64,000 bases of DNA from Saprolegnia diclina VS20 (Eukaryota): assembly GCF_000281045.1 (NCBI RefSeq), contig NW_008246084.1:405769-469768 (forward strand), given 5' to 3'. Positions 33,823-44,642 of the stretch are shown here, in pieces (within the stretch, counting starts at the first letter, position 1; each line of letters opens with the position of its first letter). A program made the translations under genes and the position numbers. A model generated the notes under the pieces. It was not told the DNA's origin and searched no databases. It saw nothing but the letters and a program-made list of their open reading frames with translations.

Positions 33823-35859
33823 ATGAACAACGGCGACGACAGCACGACCGGCGCAGCGGCGACGACGCCGAGCTCGTGCTATATGGACATCAACCTCCAT
33901 CTCGCATGGTACTACTCGCCTGGCGCGCTGCGCGTCGAGGACATCGAGCCCGTCGAGGTCTGCGGCACATCGCTTAGCGCGTTCACCACCGCTGTCAAGC
34001 CCGTGACGAATGTGACATTGTACGTCTATGCGCTAGCTTCTTATCTCACGGTCGCTTGATTAGCCACTTGGTCAACCCGGGCACGAGCTTGTCGTCCATC
34101 TTCTTGCCGCGCTTCACCGCCAAGCTGCTCAAAGCCCCGATCGCCAACGTGTAGGGCTCGAGAGATTGGCTTGATCGATGGACGTCTTATGGGTTCTAGC
34201 ATCTTTGATGGCGTCTCGACCGGCTTCAAAGCTGCGTCCTTGGTGCAACCGACCACCATGTACGTCGTTGGTTCTCTGCAACGCTTGCCTCATGTGTCTG
34301 AAGGACCATCATGAACACGGCGACATTTGGTCCGATCTCGGTGAGCCTCTCGGCCTTTGAGTCGGTGCCTGCGCTGTACGTTATCTCTCTATATCTACAT
34401 GATCGTCTAAGGAGTGGGGTGCAGCACCTTTCTAAATGTGGACCCGCGGCTCTCGATCATCGACGGCGCGGGCCGGAACCTCTCGGCGCTCTCCATCACG
34501 GCCGACTGCTCAACACGGCTCAACGTCAACAACGTGTACGACGGCGTCTACGCCAAAGCACCAAACTAATCTGCGCATCTCTATAGCCCTACGACTCCGA
34601 CCAACTGCTTGACGACGGCGCCGCCACCGACCCTGGCACCGACCAAAAAACCAACGGACAGCAACGACGCCAAGGCGCCGCAACCCAGTGCGTCGATGGT
34701 GGTCCCGTCCGGCGCCTCGGACGCAGGCGCCTCCACGGGTCTCATCGTGGGCTTGGTGCTCGCCGGCGTCGTCGTGCTCGGGCTAGTCCTGGTCTACTTT
34801 TGGCTCCGCCGCAAACGCACGCAGCAAGCGTCCAAGGATCCCGAGTTTTCTTCGTATTACAGCGAGCCGCCAGCGACCCCGGAAGCGCCCGCTCTCTCGG
34901 CTGTGGTCGTCGAGCCGCCGAGTAGTAGCGACATTGAGGCGCCGCGCAAGCCGACGCTGTTGCTCAAGCTCAAGGCGCGGCCCGAGCTCGCGCCGTACTG
35001 GCTCGAGTCGCTTGAAGGCGTTGCGATCACGCCGGTCTATGGCCAGACGTTTACGTGCAAGCTCGGGTCCAGCACCGTGGCGCTCACGGGGCTATCTTAC
35101 GCCGACGCGACCCACGACGACCGCGCCAAGTTTGTTGCCGCCTTCCGCGAGATCGCCGACCTCTCGTGCGACGCGATCACGCGCGTGATCGGCATCTCGC
35201 TCACCAAGTTTCAGATGCGACTGGCGATCGCGACCGAGTACATGGACGAGTTGAGCGTCCGCAGCGTGCTTCAGAAGCAGACCGTGGAGCTCCCGCGCAG
35301 CACACGACTTCAGATGTGCGACGATGTGACCCAAGGCGTGTGGTATCTGCAGACGCAGACGCCGCGGGGGTACGCCGGCGTCGTCGACCCTCTCCGCGTC
35401 CTCGTCAACAGCGCGCACCGCTGCAAGCTCGACGCCGCGGCACTCATGGCGCCCACGTACGTCTTCAAAAAGTACCCTGGCCCGTCGCTCGGCCTCGGCC
35501 TCGCACCGTACGCGGCTCCGGAGGTCCTGCGCCGCGACGCCAACCTTGATCGCCGCGCCGCCGACATGTACGCGCTCGGTGTGCTCTGCGCCGAGATCCT
35601 CACGCGCACGCGGCCGTTCGACGCGCTGTACGCGGCCGAAGGCTTCCTCGGTGGCGACATGCGCTTGCTCCGCGCCGCGACTGATGGCACTAGCATGCCG
35701 GCGCCGTTTGAGGTCGCGACGCTCGAGGCGCACACCTCGGTCGAAGGCGTCGCGCTCCTAAGACGGTGCTGGAACGTCCGCCCGTCGCAGCGCCCGAGCA
35801 TCGACGAGGTCGCCGAGTACTTTGCGCGAGACTTTGACGACAGCAGCGTGACGTTGTGA
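33823..35859 (+). CDS. Single-pass receptor-like TKL pseudokinase, multi-exon ectodomain
   Basis: Several short 5' exons, a Thr/Pro stalk, TM GLIVGLVLAGVVVLGLVLVYFWL + RRKR, then a kinase fold (IATEYMD..SVR, YAAPEVL, ADMYALGV...EILT...PF, CW...P..RPS). The 5' exon structure is tentative. Confidence 0.75.
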
Positions 35860-36261
35860 AGAAAAGATTATGAAGTGTTTATTGCCAAGAGCCCATCGTC
35901 GTGTCTTTATGTTTGCACGGCCATTCGACCAGGAAAATGTGCACAGCAGAGAGGACGCGCAAAAGGGGCTATCGCCGATCGTCGTCGTGGGCTGGCGTTC
36001 GGTGTATCTGAGCCACCGACACCTATGGGTGGGGCTCTACCGTGTTGCGGGGTCGATCGTCATGGGCGTGACAGGCATCTATGCGAGCACCAGGTTCGTC
36101 CATTCTGCGAGGACCGTTGCCACCCGATCTTGCGCAACACCTCGTGGAAGCTCTGCAGCAACCACGCACGTGGTACTCACTGTGGCAGGATGCACCTAGT
36201 ACTGCGGCTACGACGAGTTACTAGTTATGTGACACGGTACGACGACGAACGCTTGACTTGT

Positions 36262-37596
36262 CTAGTCGTCGTCCGTAAAGAAGCTGCTCGTGCGCCCACG
36301 CTTGCGCGGTGACCGCTCGACGAGCAGCGGTTCGGTTTCGCCTGTCTTGGCAGTCGCCTGGAAGGCGCGGCCGACGAGCCTGTGCATGACGAGCGTCTCG
36401 GCAATGACCCAGAGCAAGAGCAACGCCGCCGCGACACCCAGCGCCAGCATCGGGTCCACGCCCTCATAGGATATGACCTGCAGGACGCACGCAATGGCCA
36501 GCGGCAGCAGCGATGAGAGGCCGATCGGCACCCACCAGTAGGCTTTGATGCACCGTACTTTGGCCGCGTCCGAGTCGAGTGGCTTCCGGCCGCCATAATG
36601 AGCGAGTCGGAGCAGCAGCATCGCCAACATCGTTGCCGAGATACTGCCAAAGAGGAGCCAGAGCCCGTGCGGCGGCAGTGCACGCTGGTTGGCGACCGCT
36701 GTCATTGCGAGCTTGGCGGCGACACCTACCACGAGCAGCGTCGGCAGCAGCGCGTAGTGGACCGCGACAAATAAGACGCCGTGGGCCACCGACCGCCGCA
36801 TCGCATGGAGTTCGCGCGGCGGCTGGACTGCAAAGTAGAACATGGCCATCGTAAACACGAGCAGAAGTGAGAGGTGGAGGCTCGAGTGCACGGCTTGCGT
36901 CGGCGGCGGCGCCGCAGTGGTGAAGAGCACGCCGAGCGTCGCCTGGAGGAGCACGACGACGACGTACGTGCCGTGGCGCTCGGCAATGTACTCGATTGAG
37001 ACGGGGATCGCGATCGTGAGCGGCACGCGCGGGACGCAATAGCGCTTGATCGCCCACAGGAACTGTACAATGGTTTCGAGGCAAAGCGCGCCCACGTAGC
37101 AGGCAAACGCAATGCAAGGCACCGCGAGGCTGAGCCCGATCACGATGCTGCTGGCGCTCAAGAGACAGAGGTCGGGCCAGAGCCGCGATCGCGTCTCCGA
37201 CAGCATGGCGAAGGCGTTGATGTACATGGCGAGCGTCGCGAGATGCGATAGCAGGAGGCCATACCCAAAAGCAGCGCCGACAGTGGGCGAGAGCACCATG
37301 GAGGCGACGCCGGCGACGACAAAGTACAAGAGCAGGTAATGCAGGAAGGACGTCTCGGCAAAGCGCGCGTGGAAGTGCGTGTGCAGCTGCCATAGCGAGA
37401 CAAAGAGGCCAAAGAGCACAAGCGGCTCGACGACATCGGGCAGCGCGGTCGCCGCCTCGAGTCGCGTCGCAATCGCGTACGAGGCTGCCATCATCGTACC
37501 ATCGAGGACTAGCTCGACCCATGCGATGGCCTTGTGCTCGTAGTGGCCGGTCCAGTCGGCGCTCAGGCGCGGGCTGCGCAGCAACGTTCGCAGCAT
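36262..37596 (-). CDS. LtrA (low temperature requirement A)-like polytopic membrane protein
   Basis: HKAIAWVELVLD (cf. WLELFFD), W...T.F.ARF, IEYIAERHGTYVVVVL (cf. EHLAERFGLFTIIVLGE) and about 10 or more hydrophobic segments. Likely start ATG 37596. Confidence 0.75.
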   Translation of the reverse strand: MLRTLLRSPRLSADWTGHYEHKAIAWVELVLDGTMMAASYAIATRLEAATALPDVVEPLVLFGLFVSLWQLHTHFHARFAETSFLHYLLLYFVVAGVASMVLSPTVGAAFGYGLLLSHLATLAMYINAFAMLSETRSRLWPDLCLLSASSIVIGLSLAVPCIAFACYVGALCLETIVQFLWAIKRYCVPRVPLTIAIPVSIEYIAERHGTYVVVVLLQATLGVLFTTAAPPPTQAVHSSLHLSLLLVFTMAMFYFAVQPPRELHAMRRSVAHGVLFVAVHYALLPTLLVVGVAAKLAMTAVANQRALPPHGLWLLFGSISATMLAMLLLRLAHYGGRKPLDSDAAKVRCIKAYWWVPIGLSSLLPLAIACVLQVISYEGVDPMLALGVAAALLLLWVIAETLVMHRLVGRAFQATAKTGETEPLLVERSPRKRGRTSSFFTDDD

Positions 37597-38951
37597 TGGC
37601 GTGCCCCTCGAAGATCGCACTTCGAAAATCCATCTTTTTGATATTTTGGTTGCGGTGGTGGTTTGAGGGAGTACCCCGCGGCACTGGCTCCAGGCAAGCT
37701 GCTGCAATCTCTCACAGTGGCGGGATCCCGTGCGTGGGATGGGAAGCTTCCACCTTCGCTTCAAGATTCGAGCTGCGATGTGGAAAAGGTCAGTTGGCTG
37801 CTGAAAAATCGCATACTTGAACCAAGACGATTCGGTCGAATCCGATCTGGCCAGCTGCTGTACACTGTATAGTACTATGGGTTGCGTGCGATTGGGCCAC
37901 GTGTCGGCAATAATCTGGTCGTTGCAAGGCCGGAACATCAATGAGCAGGCACGGTACCGACCGCATGCGCCACGTGACGAGCGTGGATGGGAAGCTATTA
38001 CACCAGCTTTGCACGAATACACTACTCGCAGACGACTACTCCAAGCACTTCTCGAAGGGTCGTCGTCGCCAAGTTCCGGCCTCTGCAGTTCTAAAATACC
38101 TGCTGTCCAGTGCTTCAGTATCACGCCCGTCGTGGCCTTTCGTAGGGACATAAAAAGTTGAAGTCGCAGCATCAATGTTCACCTCGCGCGCGATCGCCAA
38201 CGTCGTCGACGCTCGTCCCGCCTCTTGTCCATCCATTCACGCAGTGAACGCCTGGAAGCGACTGGGTCGCATGGATGAAATGTCAAGTCGACACGTGTAC
38301 ATCGTGTATACGAGGGGGAAGCGTATATCGCTATCGACTGAGCAACAAGATGCGGAAGGTAGTGGACAAAAACAGCGGCAGACAAAGTGCGTGAAAGGTG
38401 AGCGACGTACCTTGACGCGGGCTAAAGCCACGGCTCACGAGGCCGGTTTTTTCACCAGTTGGCTACTCACCAAGCCCTTGCGGCGACACGCAGGCGCGTT
38501 CTCTGCGAAATGCGAGCACGACCACTCCGACTTAGCCACCGTGCCGGCACAGAGCGCCGTCACGACACCTAGTAGTAGCTAGTAGTAGTCGTAGGACGGG
38601 CGTCGATCCAGCGCGTCGGGAGAAGGTACACGCTCTTTTGTAAACGCGGGGGTTGCTCCGACGTACAATCGTGCTCGGTCGTGATTGGGCACGGACGATG
38701 ATTGGATCGCAAGTGGTTCACGTTCCGGCTTGCACCCATGGCTTCTTGCACAGCGGAACGCCAGGAATTGGAGCAGGACCTTGAAGTTTAAAAATTTCGG
38801 CATTGTTTCTATTTTACAGCGTACTCGCATTAAAACATTGCCTCTATTTTTATTCTACAGCTAGCATTTGTATGCCAAGCGCATTAAAATACGATTGTTA
38901 TAGAAATAAATCGGAAAAATACAATACCGTGGACATGCATTTGTGAAATGG

Positions 38952-39163
38952 TCCACTGGTTCCGGTTGGTGGCCACTTAATTAAATACCACGTGGTGCGT
39001 TTTTAATTCCCAGCTGGGTGCCACCCTGTGTTTTTAATGGGTACGACCTACCACGTGGTCCGCTTCATTTGACCTTTGTATCCGAACTCGCGTCGGAGTG
39101 TGGACGACGCCTTTAAAATGCCGAGCGTATTTTTATTCCTTTAAATAAAAATTGGCCACCTGG
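38952..39163. promoter_or_regulatory. Cluster of CCANNTGG (E-box/G-box-type) palindromes in the AT-rich region upstream of the HSF gene
   Basis: ACCACGTGGT at 38987-38996 and 39050-39059, CCCAGCTGGG at 39009-39018, CCACCTGG at 39156-39163. Confidence 0.45.
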
Positions 39164-39375
39164 TTCTCATCCAAACGCCAGGCTCGACCTTCCGCACCTC
39201 TCGTTTTTAAATTAGCTTGGGTTTTGTATACTTTTTTCCATCCGATGTGATAAAAAGTACGTTCCGCCCAAATTGCTGGCGTTCCGACATGGCGGCGCTT
39301 GAAACAAACGCTGGCGTCAGGTCCAGCAGCTCAACTCGAATCTCATTTTCAGTTTTCTCGTCCGCCGCACACACG

Positions 39376-40068
39376 ATGCCCGCTGACCTCCACCCGGCCG
39401 AGCTCTCGGCGTTCCTCATGGAAGGCCTCCTCGACTACACCTCGGGCTTTGCGTCCGACGACTCGAACGAAACCGAATTGTTCTTGGAGGACTTTATCAA
39501 GCCGGACGTGGCGTCGCCGGCGCCGTCGGACGAGAGCAGCCGCGCGCCCGAGTACCTCGAGCGCACGACCAAGTACATGGAGAAGCTCTACACGATGCTC
39601 GAGCAGTCGCCCGAGTCGATTGCGGCGTGGACCAACAATGGCACGTCGTTTGCAATCTTTGACAACGCGGCGTTTGAGAAGAACATCATCCCAATGTACT
39701 TCAAGCCCATCAAATTTGAGAGCTTTGCGCGCCAGCTCAACTCGTACGGCTTTCGCAAGATGAAGTACTTTGCCAATAACGTTGTCGTGTACGAGTTCCG
39801 CCACCCGCACTTTGTGCGCGGCAAGTCGGATCAGCTGCTCACGATCAAGCGCCGCCGCCGCGTCAAGAAGGTCGAGGCCAAGCTCCCGGCCGAGCCGACG
39901 ACCGACGCCGAGCTGCGCTCGACCATTCGCGAACTCTCGTCGTTTGTCCAGACGCTGCACTCGGAGCTCCTCGACACCAAGGCGCTCGTGCGCACGCTCC
40001 TCGAAGAGCGCAACCAGATGCAGCAGCAGGCACAGCGCAGCAACAGCAACTCAATCTTCTCGCTGTGA
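39376..40068 (+). CDS. HSF-type DNA-binding transcription factor
   Basis: KYMEKLYTMLE...IAAW..NGTSFAI.D...FEK.IIPMYFK..KFESFARQLNSYGFRK...YEFRHPHFVRG...L..IKRR, plus a C-terminal heptad region. An oomycete Inr/FPR-like TCATTTTCAGTTTT lies just upstream (~39343). Confidence 0.92.
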   Translation: MPADLHPAELSAFLMEGLLDYTSGFASDDSNETELFLEDFIKPDVASPAPSDESSRAPEYLERTTKYMEKLYTMLEQSPESIAAWTNNGTSFAIFDNAAFEKNIIPMYFKPIKFESFARQLNSYGFRKMKYFANNVVVYEFRHPHFVRGKSDQLLTIKRRRRVKKVEAKLPAEPTTDAELRSTIRELSSFVQTLHSELLDTKALVRTLLEERNQMQQQAQRSNSNSIFSL

Positions 40069-40829
40069 GACGCCTACCGTCGCTAGCTAGTCTCTATTTA
40101 TTCGACGACGATACGACGTACGCCTGCCGCCTCTGTACCATGAATGCAATCCCATATCATTTAGCACTTCTTCTCCTCTTCGTTCTTCAGGGCGACTGTA
40201 CCAGGTAGTCTTATAGCCATTGCTTAGTGCAAGATTGCGCGATGTACAGGGCCCCATCCGTCCGCCCTTGGCGCTTGCCCGCGTGCACCCGACAGAGCTG
40301 CCCATCCGTCCGACGCAGGCCCATCGGTCCGACGCGCGTGGACGGGAGCACGGCCGTGAGAAGCCGACAAGTCGTGACGCCAGATGTGTATACTTTAATC
40401 AAGTCTACGCCCTCGAAGTGAACGACAAAGACGCCACACGAGGCCGGAACATCAGTTGCGAAACGCCGCCGACAGGATTTCACATACATTCTGATAGATT
40501 AGACGCACGCAACTTTAGCCGGCTCCCTACCGCGATCGATCTATCAAGCTCGCATCAAGACGCGAGTTAGATGGTTCATTGCCTGCAGAAAATAGAGAGC
40601 GTGCTGTAAGATATGCAGTCGCTAGTGCGTGCTCCACAATGACACTGTTCCTGCTTGGCGTACGGCTAAATTTGTGTGCAACTAGCCAACAATGCGATGC
40701 GTTAGATTGGCGAGGGCTGTGTTAAATGCTTGTTGTAACACGTTATAACCGCGAAACGCACCGCGAGCGCTGTTTGGTTGGTTTTGCGCGAGCCAAAACG
40801 CAGCCGATCTTGAACGCACCGCTTCAGGC

Positions 40830-43049
40830 ATGCGGAACAAGGCCACGTCGAGCGTGGAAGAGCAGATGAACGCCAAGGAGGTCTTCGCTGCGAACCTGCA
40901 GGCCAAGATCCAAGCCCTGCGGCAAGCGCCGCCGACCTCGGCTCGGTCGGCAACGGCCGATGAAGATATGCCCGTGCTCCTCGCGCGAAAACCCAAGCGC
41001 AAGCGCACCGAAGCATCGACAGCGGCCATTGCTTCAGCACCCAAGAAGACCAACGCCATTGTGACGCCGGCTACGAAAGCAGCTGTGACCAAGCCGACCG
41101 TCGTGACCGCGCCTGCACCGACAACGAGACCTATGGCGGCGGTGGCCAAGCCCGTGCTTGCTGTGCCAACGCTTGTGGCCGCCGTCGCATCGAAGCCAAT
41201 GTCCAGAGCGCAAAAGAAGAAAGCGAAGAAGATGGCCAAGGCTGTTCTGCAAGCGAGCACGACGCCAAAGTCCTCATCGACACCAGCATCAACGCTGCCC
41301 AAGCCGACGCCAACACCAGCGCCGACCAAGCTCAAGCCCGCACCAGTTGCCGCAGTCAAGACGAACGCGAAGCCCGCGCCTGCTAAAGCCAATGCATGGG
41401 ACATTTTACCCAGCGACTCGTCGAGCGATGACGAGCCAAGCGTTCGAAAGCATGCTCCACGCGCGCCGGCTGCCGCACCTTCCGACTCGGATTCGGACGA
41501 TATCGGACCGCCGCCAGCGCTTCCCACACGGACGACACCGGCCAAGACTGCGACTGCTGCACAACGGTCCAACGCTGCGCCCGTGCCTACTAAAACTGCG
41601 CCCGTGCCTACTAAAACTGCGCCCGTGCCTACTAAAGCTGCGCCCGTGCCTACTAAAGCTGCGACTGTGTCTACCAAGCGATTGACAAGGCCTGTGTACA
41701 GCGACGCATCAGATTCGGAGACCGAGTTTGCTTCGCTCTCAACGCCGACGATGCCACCGTGCGTCAAGCCCGCGCACGAGCAGGTCGTCGATCTTACCGA
41801 CGCCAAAGCTCGAAAAGCGCCGACGACCGCAAAGGCCAAGACGACGATTGCCAAAGCAACGCCTGTGAAGACGACCAAGCCCGCAACGGCCAAGCCCGCT
41901 GCTCCAAAACCAGTCAAGAAGACTTCGACTACGTCGGACGACGTACCCAAGCCAAGCACACTGGAAGAAGCTGCCAAGGCCATGAAGCGGCTCCAAGCCC
42001 GACCGGTGCCCATGCCCGTCGTCGCAACCGAGCTCCCGGCAGGCACGGCCGGTATCTACGCGTCCATCATTGACGCGGCGGCGGTCGAAGGCTGGGACCT
42101 CGTTGAGATGGGGCGGCTCGTGCGCCTCTTTTGCGCGCCGTTCCATTTCAAGCGCAAGTCGACGACCAAGTTTTTGCAAAAGCACTGCCCCGAGTTTGTG
42201 TGCGCCGACTTTCTCGAAGGGCTCAACATTCCGCTGCACGGGCACCAGATTGTGAGCCTTCTTCGGACGGGGTCGTCGACGCCGAGCGCGCTCAGCGCCA
42301 AGCTCAGCGCGTGCTTGGAGAACGACGTGCTCAAGATCCAAGACGACAGCGTCTTGACGGCGTTCGTCAACCTCCTTGACGTGGCAACCATGTCCCGCGA
42401 CGAAATTTTTGGCTTTGCGCACGGCATCATTGAGAGCCTCCGGACGGTCGACGAGTGCTGCCGCGTTCTGCGCGGGCTCACAACGCACTGGGCGCTCGAC
42501 GCGGTGCGGGACCTCGTCCAGCGCATTTTGCTGAGTCCTGTGTTTGACGACCTCGAGGGCGACCCCGAGGCGAGTGTGAGTGCGGCGTTCCCGCTCTTGA
42601 CCAAGCTCGAGTTTCCGTCGCGACTCGACATGGAAGACACGAACGCGGACGGCAACCTCGACGACCTCTGCGTCGACGACGAGACGATCGAGTACGACCA
42701 CAGCAGCCACGAGAGCGACGATGCGCTCGAGGACATGGAGGCCCGCATCGCCAAGAAGCGAACAACGCGTACCTTGGGTACCAAGCGACGACCCACGACG
42801 ACGGCCGCCAACGAGGCGGATCAAGAGGACGAGGATGACGAGGATGACGAGGACGACGACGAAGAAGAGGACAGTGTCGCGGGCGAGTCAGAAGACGATG
42901 ACTTGCCGCATTGGAAGCCCAAGGCGAGGAAGGCGCTGCCGCGAGCGCCGGCGCGCCGAAGTCGCTTCATTCTGGACGAAGCGTCCGAAGACGAGGACGA
43001 CCCGATGGAGAGCGACGTTGAGAGCAGCGAGGATGCGCTTAGTGATTAA
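40830..43049 (+). CDS. Uncharacterised, probably nuclear protein: K/A/T/P-rich disordered N-half, helical domain, acidic tail
   Basis: Intronless 739-aa ORF with basic clusters (RKPKRKR, KKKAKK), a folded-looking region at about aa 405-600 and a D/E-rich C-terminus. Confidence 0.75.
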   Translation: MRNKATSSVEEQMNAKEVFAANLQAKIQALRQAPPTSARSATADEDMPVLLARKPKRKRTEASTAAIASAPKKTNAIVTPATKAAVTKPTVVTAPAPTTRPMAAVAKPVLAVPTLVAAVASKPMSRAQKKKAKKMAKAVLQASTTPKSSSTPASTLPKPTPTPAPTKLKPAPVAAVKTNAKPAPAKANAWDILPSDSSSDDEPSVRKHAPRAPAAAPSDSDSDDIGPPPALPTRTTPAKTATAAQRSNAAPVPTKTAPVPTKTAPVPTKAAPVPTKAATVSTKRLTRPVYSDASDSETEFASLSTPTMPPCVKPAHEQVVDLTDAKARKAPTTAKAKTTIAKATPVKTTKPATAKPAAPKPVKKTSTTSDDVPKPSTLEEAAKAMKRLQARPVPMPVVATELPAGTAGIYASIIDAAAVEGWDLVEMGRLVRLFCAPFHFKRKSTTKFLQKHCPEFVCADFLEGLNIPLHGHQIVSLLRTGSSTPSALSAKLSACLENDVLKIQDDSVLTAFVNLLDVATMSRDEIFGFAHGIIESLRTVDECCRVLRGLTTHWALDAVRDLVQRILLSPVFDDLEGDPEASVSAAFPLLTKLEFPSRLDMEDTNADGNLDDLCVDDETIEYDHSSHESDDALEDMEARIAKKRTTRTLGTKRRPTTTAANEADQEDEDDEDDEDDDEEEDSVAGESEDDDLPHWKPKARKALPRAPARRSRFILDEASEDEDDPMESDVESSEDALSD
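41574..41678 (+). repeat. Coding 21-bp minisatellite, 4 near-perfect plus 1 degenerate copies, (A/T)APVPTK
   Basis: (g/a)ctgcgcccgtgcctactaaa repeated at 41574, 41595, 41616 and 41637, degenerate at 41658. Confidence 0.9.
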
Positions 43050-43164
43050 CGCGCAGTCGCATTCAGTCGACCCACACACTTCAGTGCGTTCCTCGTGCGT
43101 TTGCTCCAGTGCGCACATACAACATCATGACAGTCGTCCATACTGGACGCTTCCTCTGACCTCC

Positions 43165-43209
43165 GAGTGTAGAAAGTGTTGCACCTGAGTGTAGAAAGTG
43201 TATGCACCT
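43165..43209. repeat. Tandem 22/23-bp direct duplication between convergent genes
   Basis: gagtgtagaaagtgttgcacct followed by gagtgtagaaagtgtatgcacct. Confidence 0.8.
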
Positions 43210-43224
43210 TTTCTCCATTAACTG

Positions 43225-44355
43225 CTAGCCAGACGACGCAAACAAGGACGAGACGCTCGAGGGGACGAGACGGGTCCAGACGCCGCGCTGGTGGCAGCTC
43301 ACGTCGCCGAGCTTGGAGATGGTCTCGAGACCGACAATGCCGGGGGCTACATGAACAAAGTCCGGCGGCAGCGCCGTCGCCGCCTGGAAGTAGAGGACGC
43401 ACGAGTGCTTGGGCGCCATGCGCAGTAGGATCTCAACATCGAGCAGGCGCACGCGGTGCAGCGACCGCTCGTTGAGCCCGACGAGCTGGTGGTTTGGCGC
43501 GAGGCCGGCCGTCGTCGCACTGCGGTTGCACGCGAGGATGTGCACCTTCCGGGTCGTCGCCGCCAGCGTCAGTGTCGATGCGGCCTCGAGCTGCGCCAGC
43601 ACGTCGACGTGCGTAAGGCCAAAGACGGGGCGACCGTCGATGCGCAAGACGACGTCGCCGCGGCTGACGGTGGCGCAGAGCCCGAGGTCGGCTTTCGGGA
43701 CGTGCAAGACAGTCGGTACATCGTTGCCGCCCACAGGAACAAGATCCAGGCGCGGACTCATGGCTGTCGAGTCTGCTATTGACACGGTACGCACATCGTC
43801 GCTCGCGACAGCTTCGTGTAAGGTGAGACCTGTCGCTCGCGTTAGATCCAAGAGTGACGACGGGTGTACCGAGCCGGTTGTCCTTCCACTTGAACGGCAC
43901 GAGGTGGGCGACGAGGACGCGCGCCCAGCGACGGCGACGGACGACGTCTGCGTCTCGTGCCCGGCCACTGGTCGCTGGTCCTTCCAAATCGTCAAACGAA
44001 GGGCCAAAGACCCACCCATTTGCATCGCAGGGGACCCCAGCCGTGCACGGCTTCCACGTATCGAGCCACCGAAACCCGCTGGGCGCGGCAAGGTCTTTCG
44101 GAAACCGCGCGAGACTCGGGCGTCCATCGTGCAGCGAGAACGGCGGTGGGTCCGTGGAAAAGCTCAAGTGCTTGCGGTGCCATGCATAACCCTTGCGACG
44201 CTGGTTCTCGTAGATTTCGACCGTGTACACCTATATCATTGCGATGAGAAGAGGCTGCATGTGGTGGTCGTGCTACTGTGCACCTCGGGCTTGAGCGGCG
44301 CCAGGTGCGCCATGCGCTTGTTGAAGCGAGCGTACCGAGTCCCATCAAGCTCCAT
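43225..44355 (-). CDS. DysF (Dysferlin/Pex24p)-domain + PDZ-domain protein, 3 exons
   Basis: ATG 44355, an intron, then VEIYENQRR...W...DPPPFS...APSGFRWLDTW...DANGWVFG..F...DVVRRRRWAR (DysF). Intron 43830-43869 gives NRLGLTL. PDZ motifs VSRGDVVLRIDGRPVFGLTHVDVLAQL and AGLAPNHQLVGLNE follow. Confidence 0.8.
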
Positions 44356-44642
44356 GGCCAACTCAGAAAAATCTATTTTTAGAGTTATGACGTGGCGCGC
44401 TGCAGTGCACGGTGGGCGTTGAAATGCAATGTTGGCAAATACCAGCATGATTGAGTTTGCCTCGTAGCGATGCTACAACATGACAAATATCGAGGCTCAA
44501 CTGTTGTTCGAAACGAAGTGGTTCTTGGCGCCTCCTGGATGCCGGAGTGGCCACCTGCTCATGGCGCATACTGGCTAGGGAAAGAGAATTGCAAGTAATG
44601 ATGCTGTCGAAAACATTTTCCCTGTGAAAAAACACAGTAGCA

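Noticed and set aside
41574..41678. 21-bp direct repeats as a possible CRISPR array
   Set aside because: The repeats are contiguous with no spacers, lie in frame within a CDS, and no cas genes are present in this eukaryotic context.
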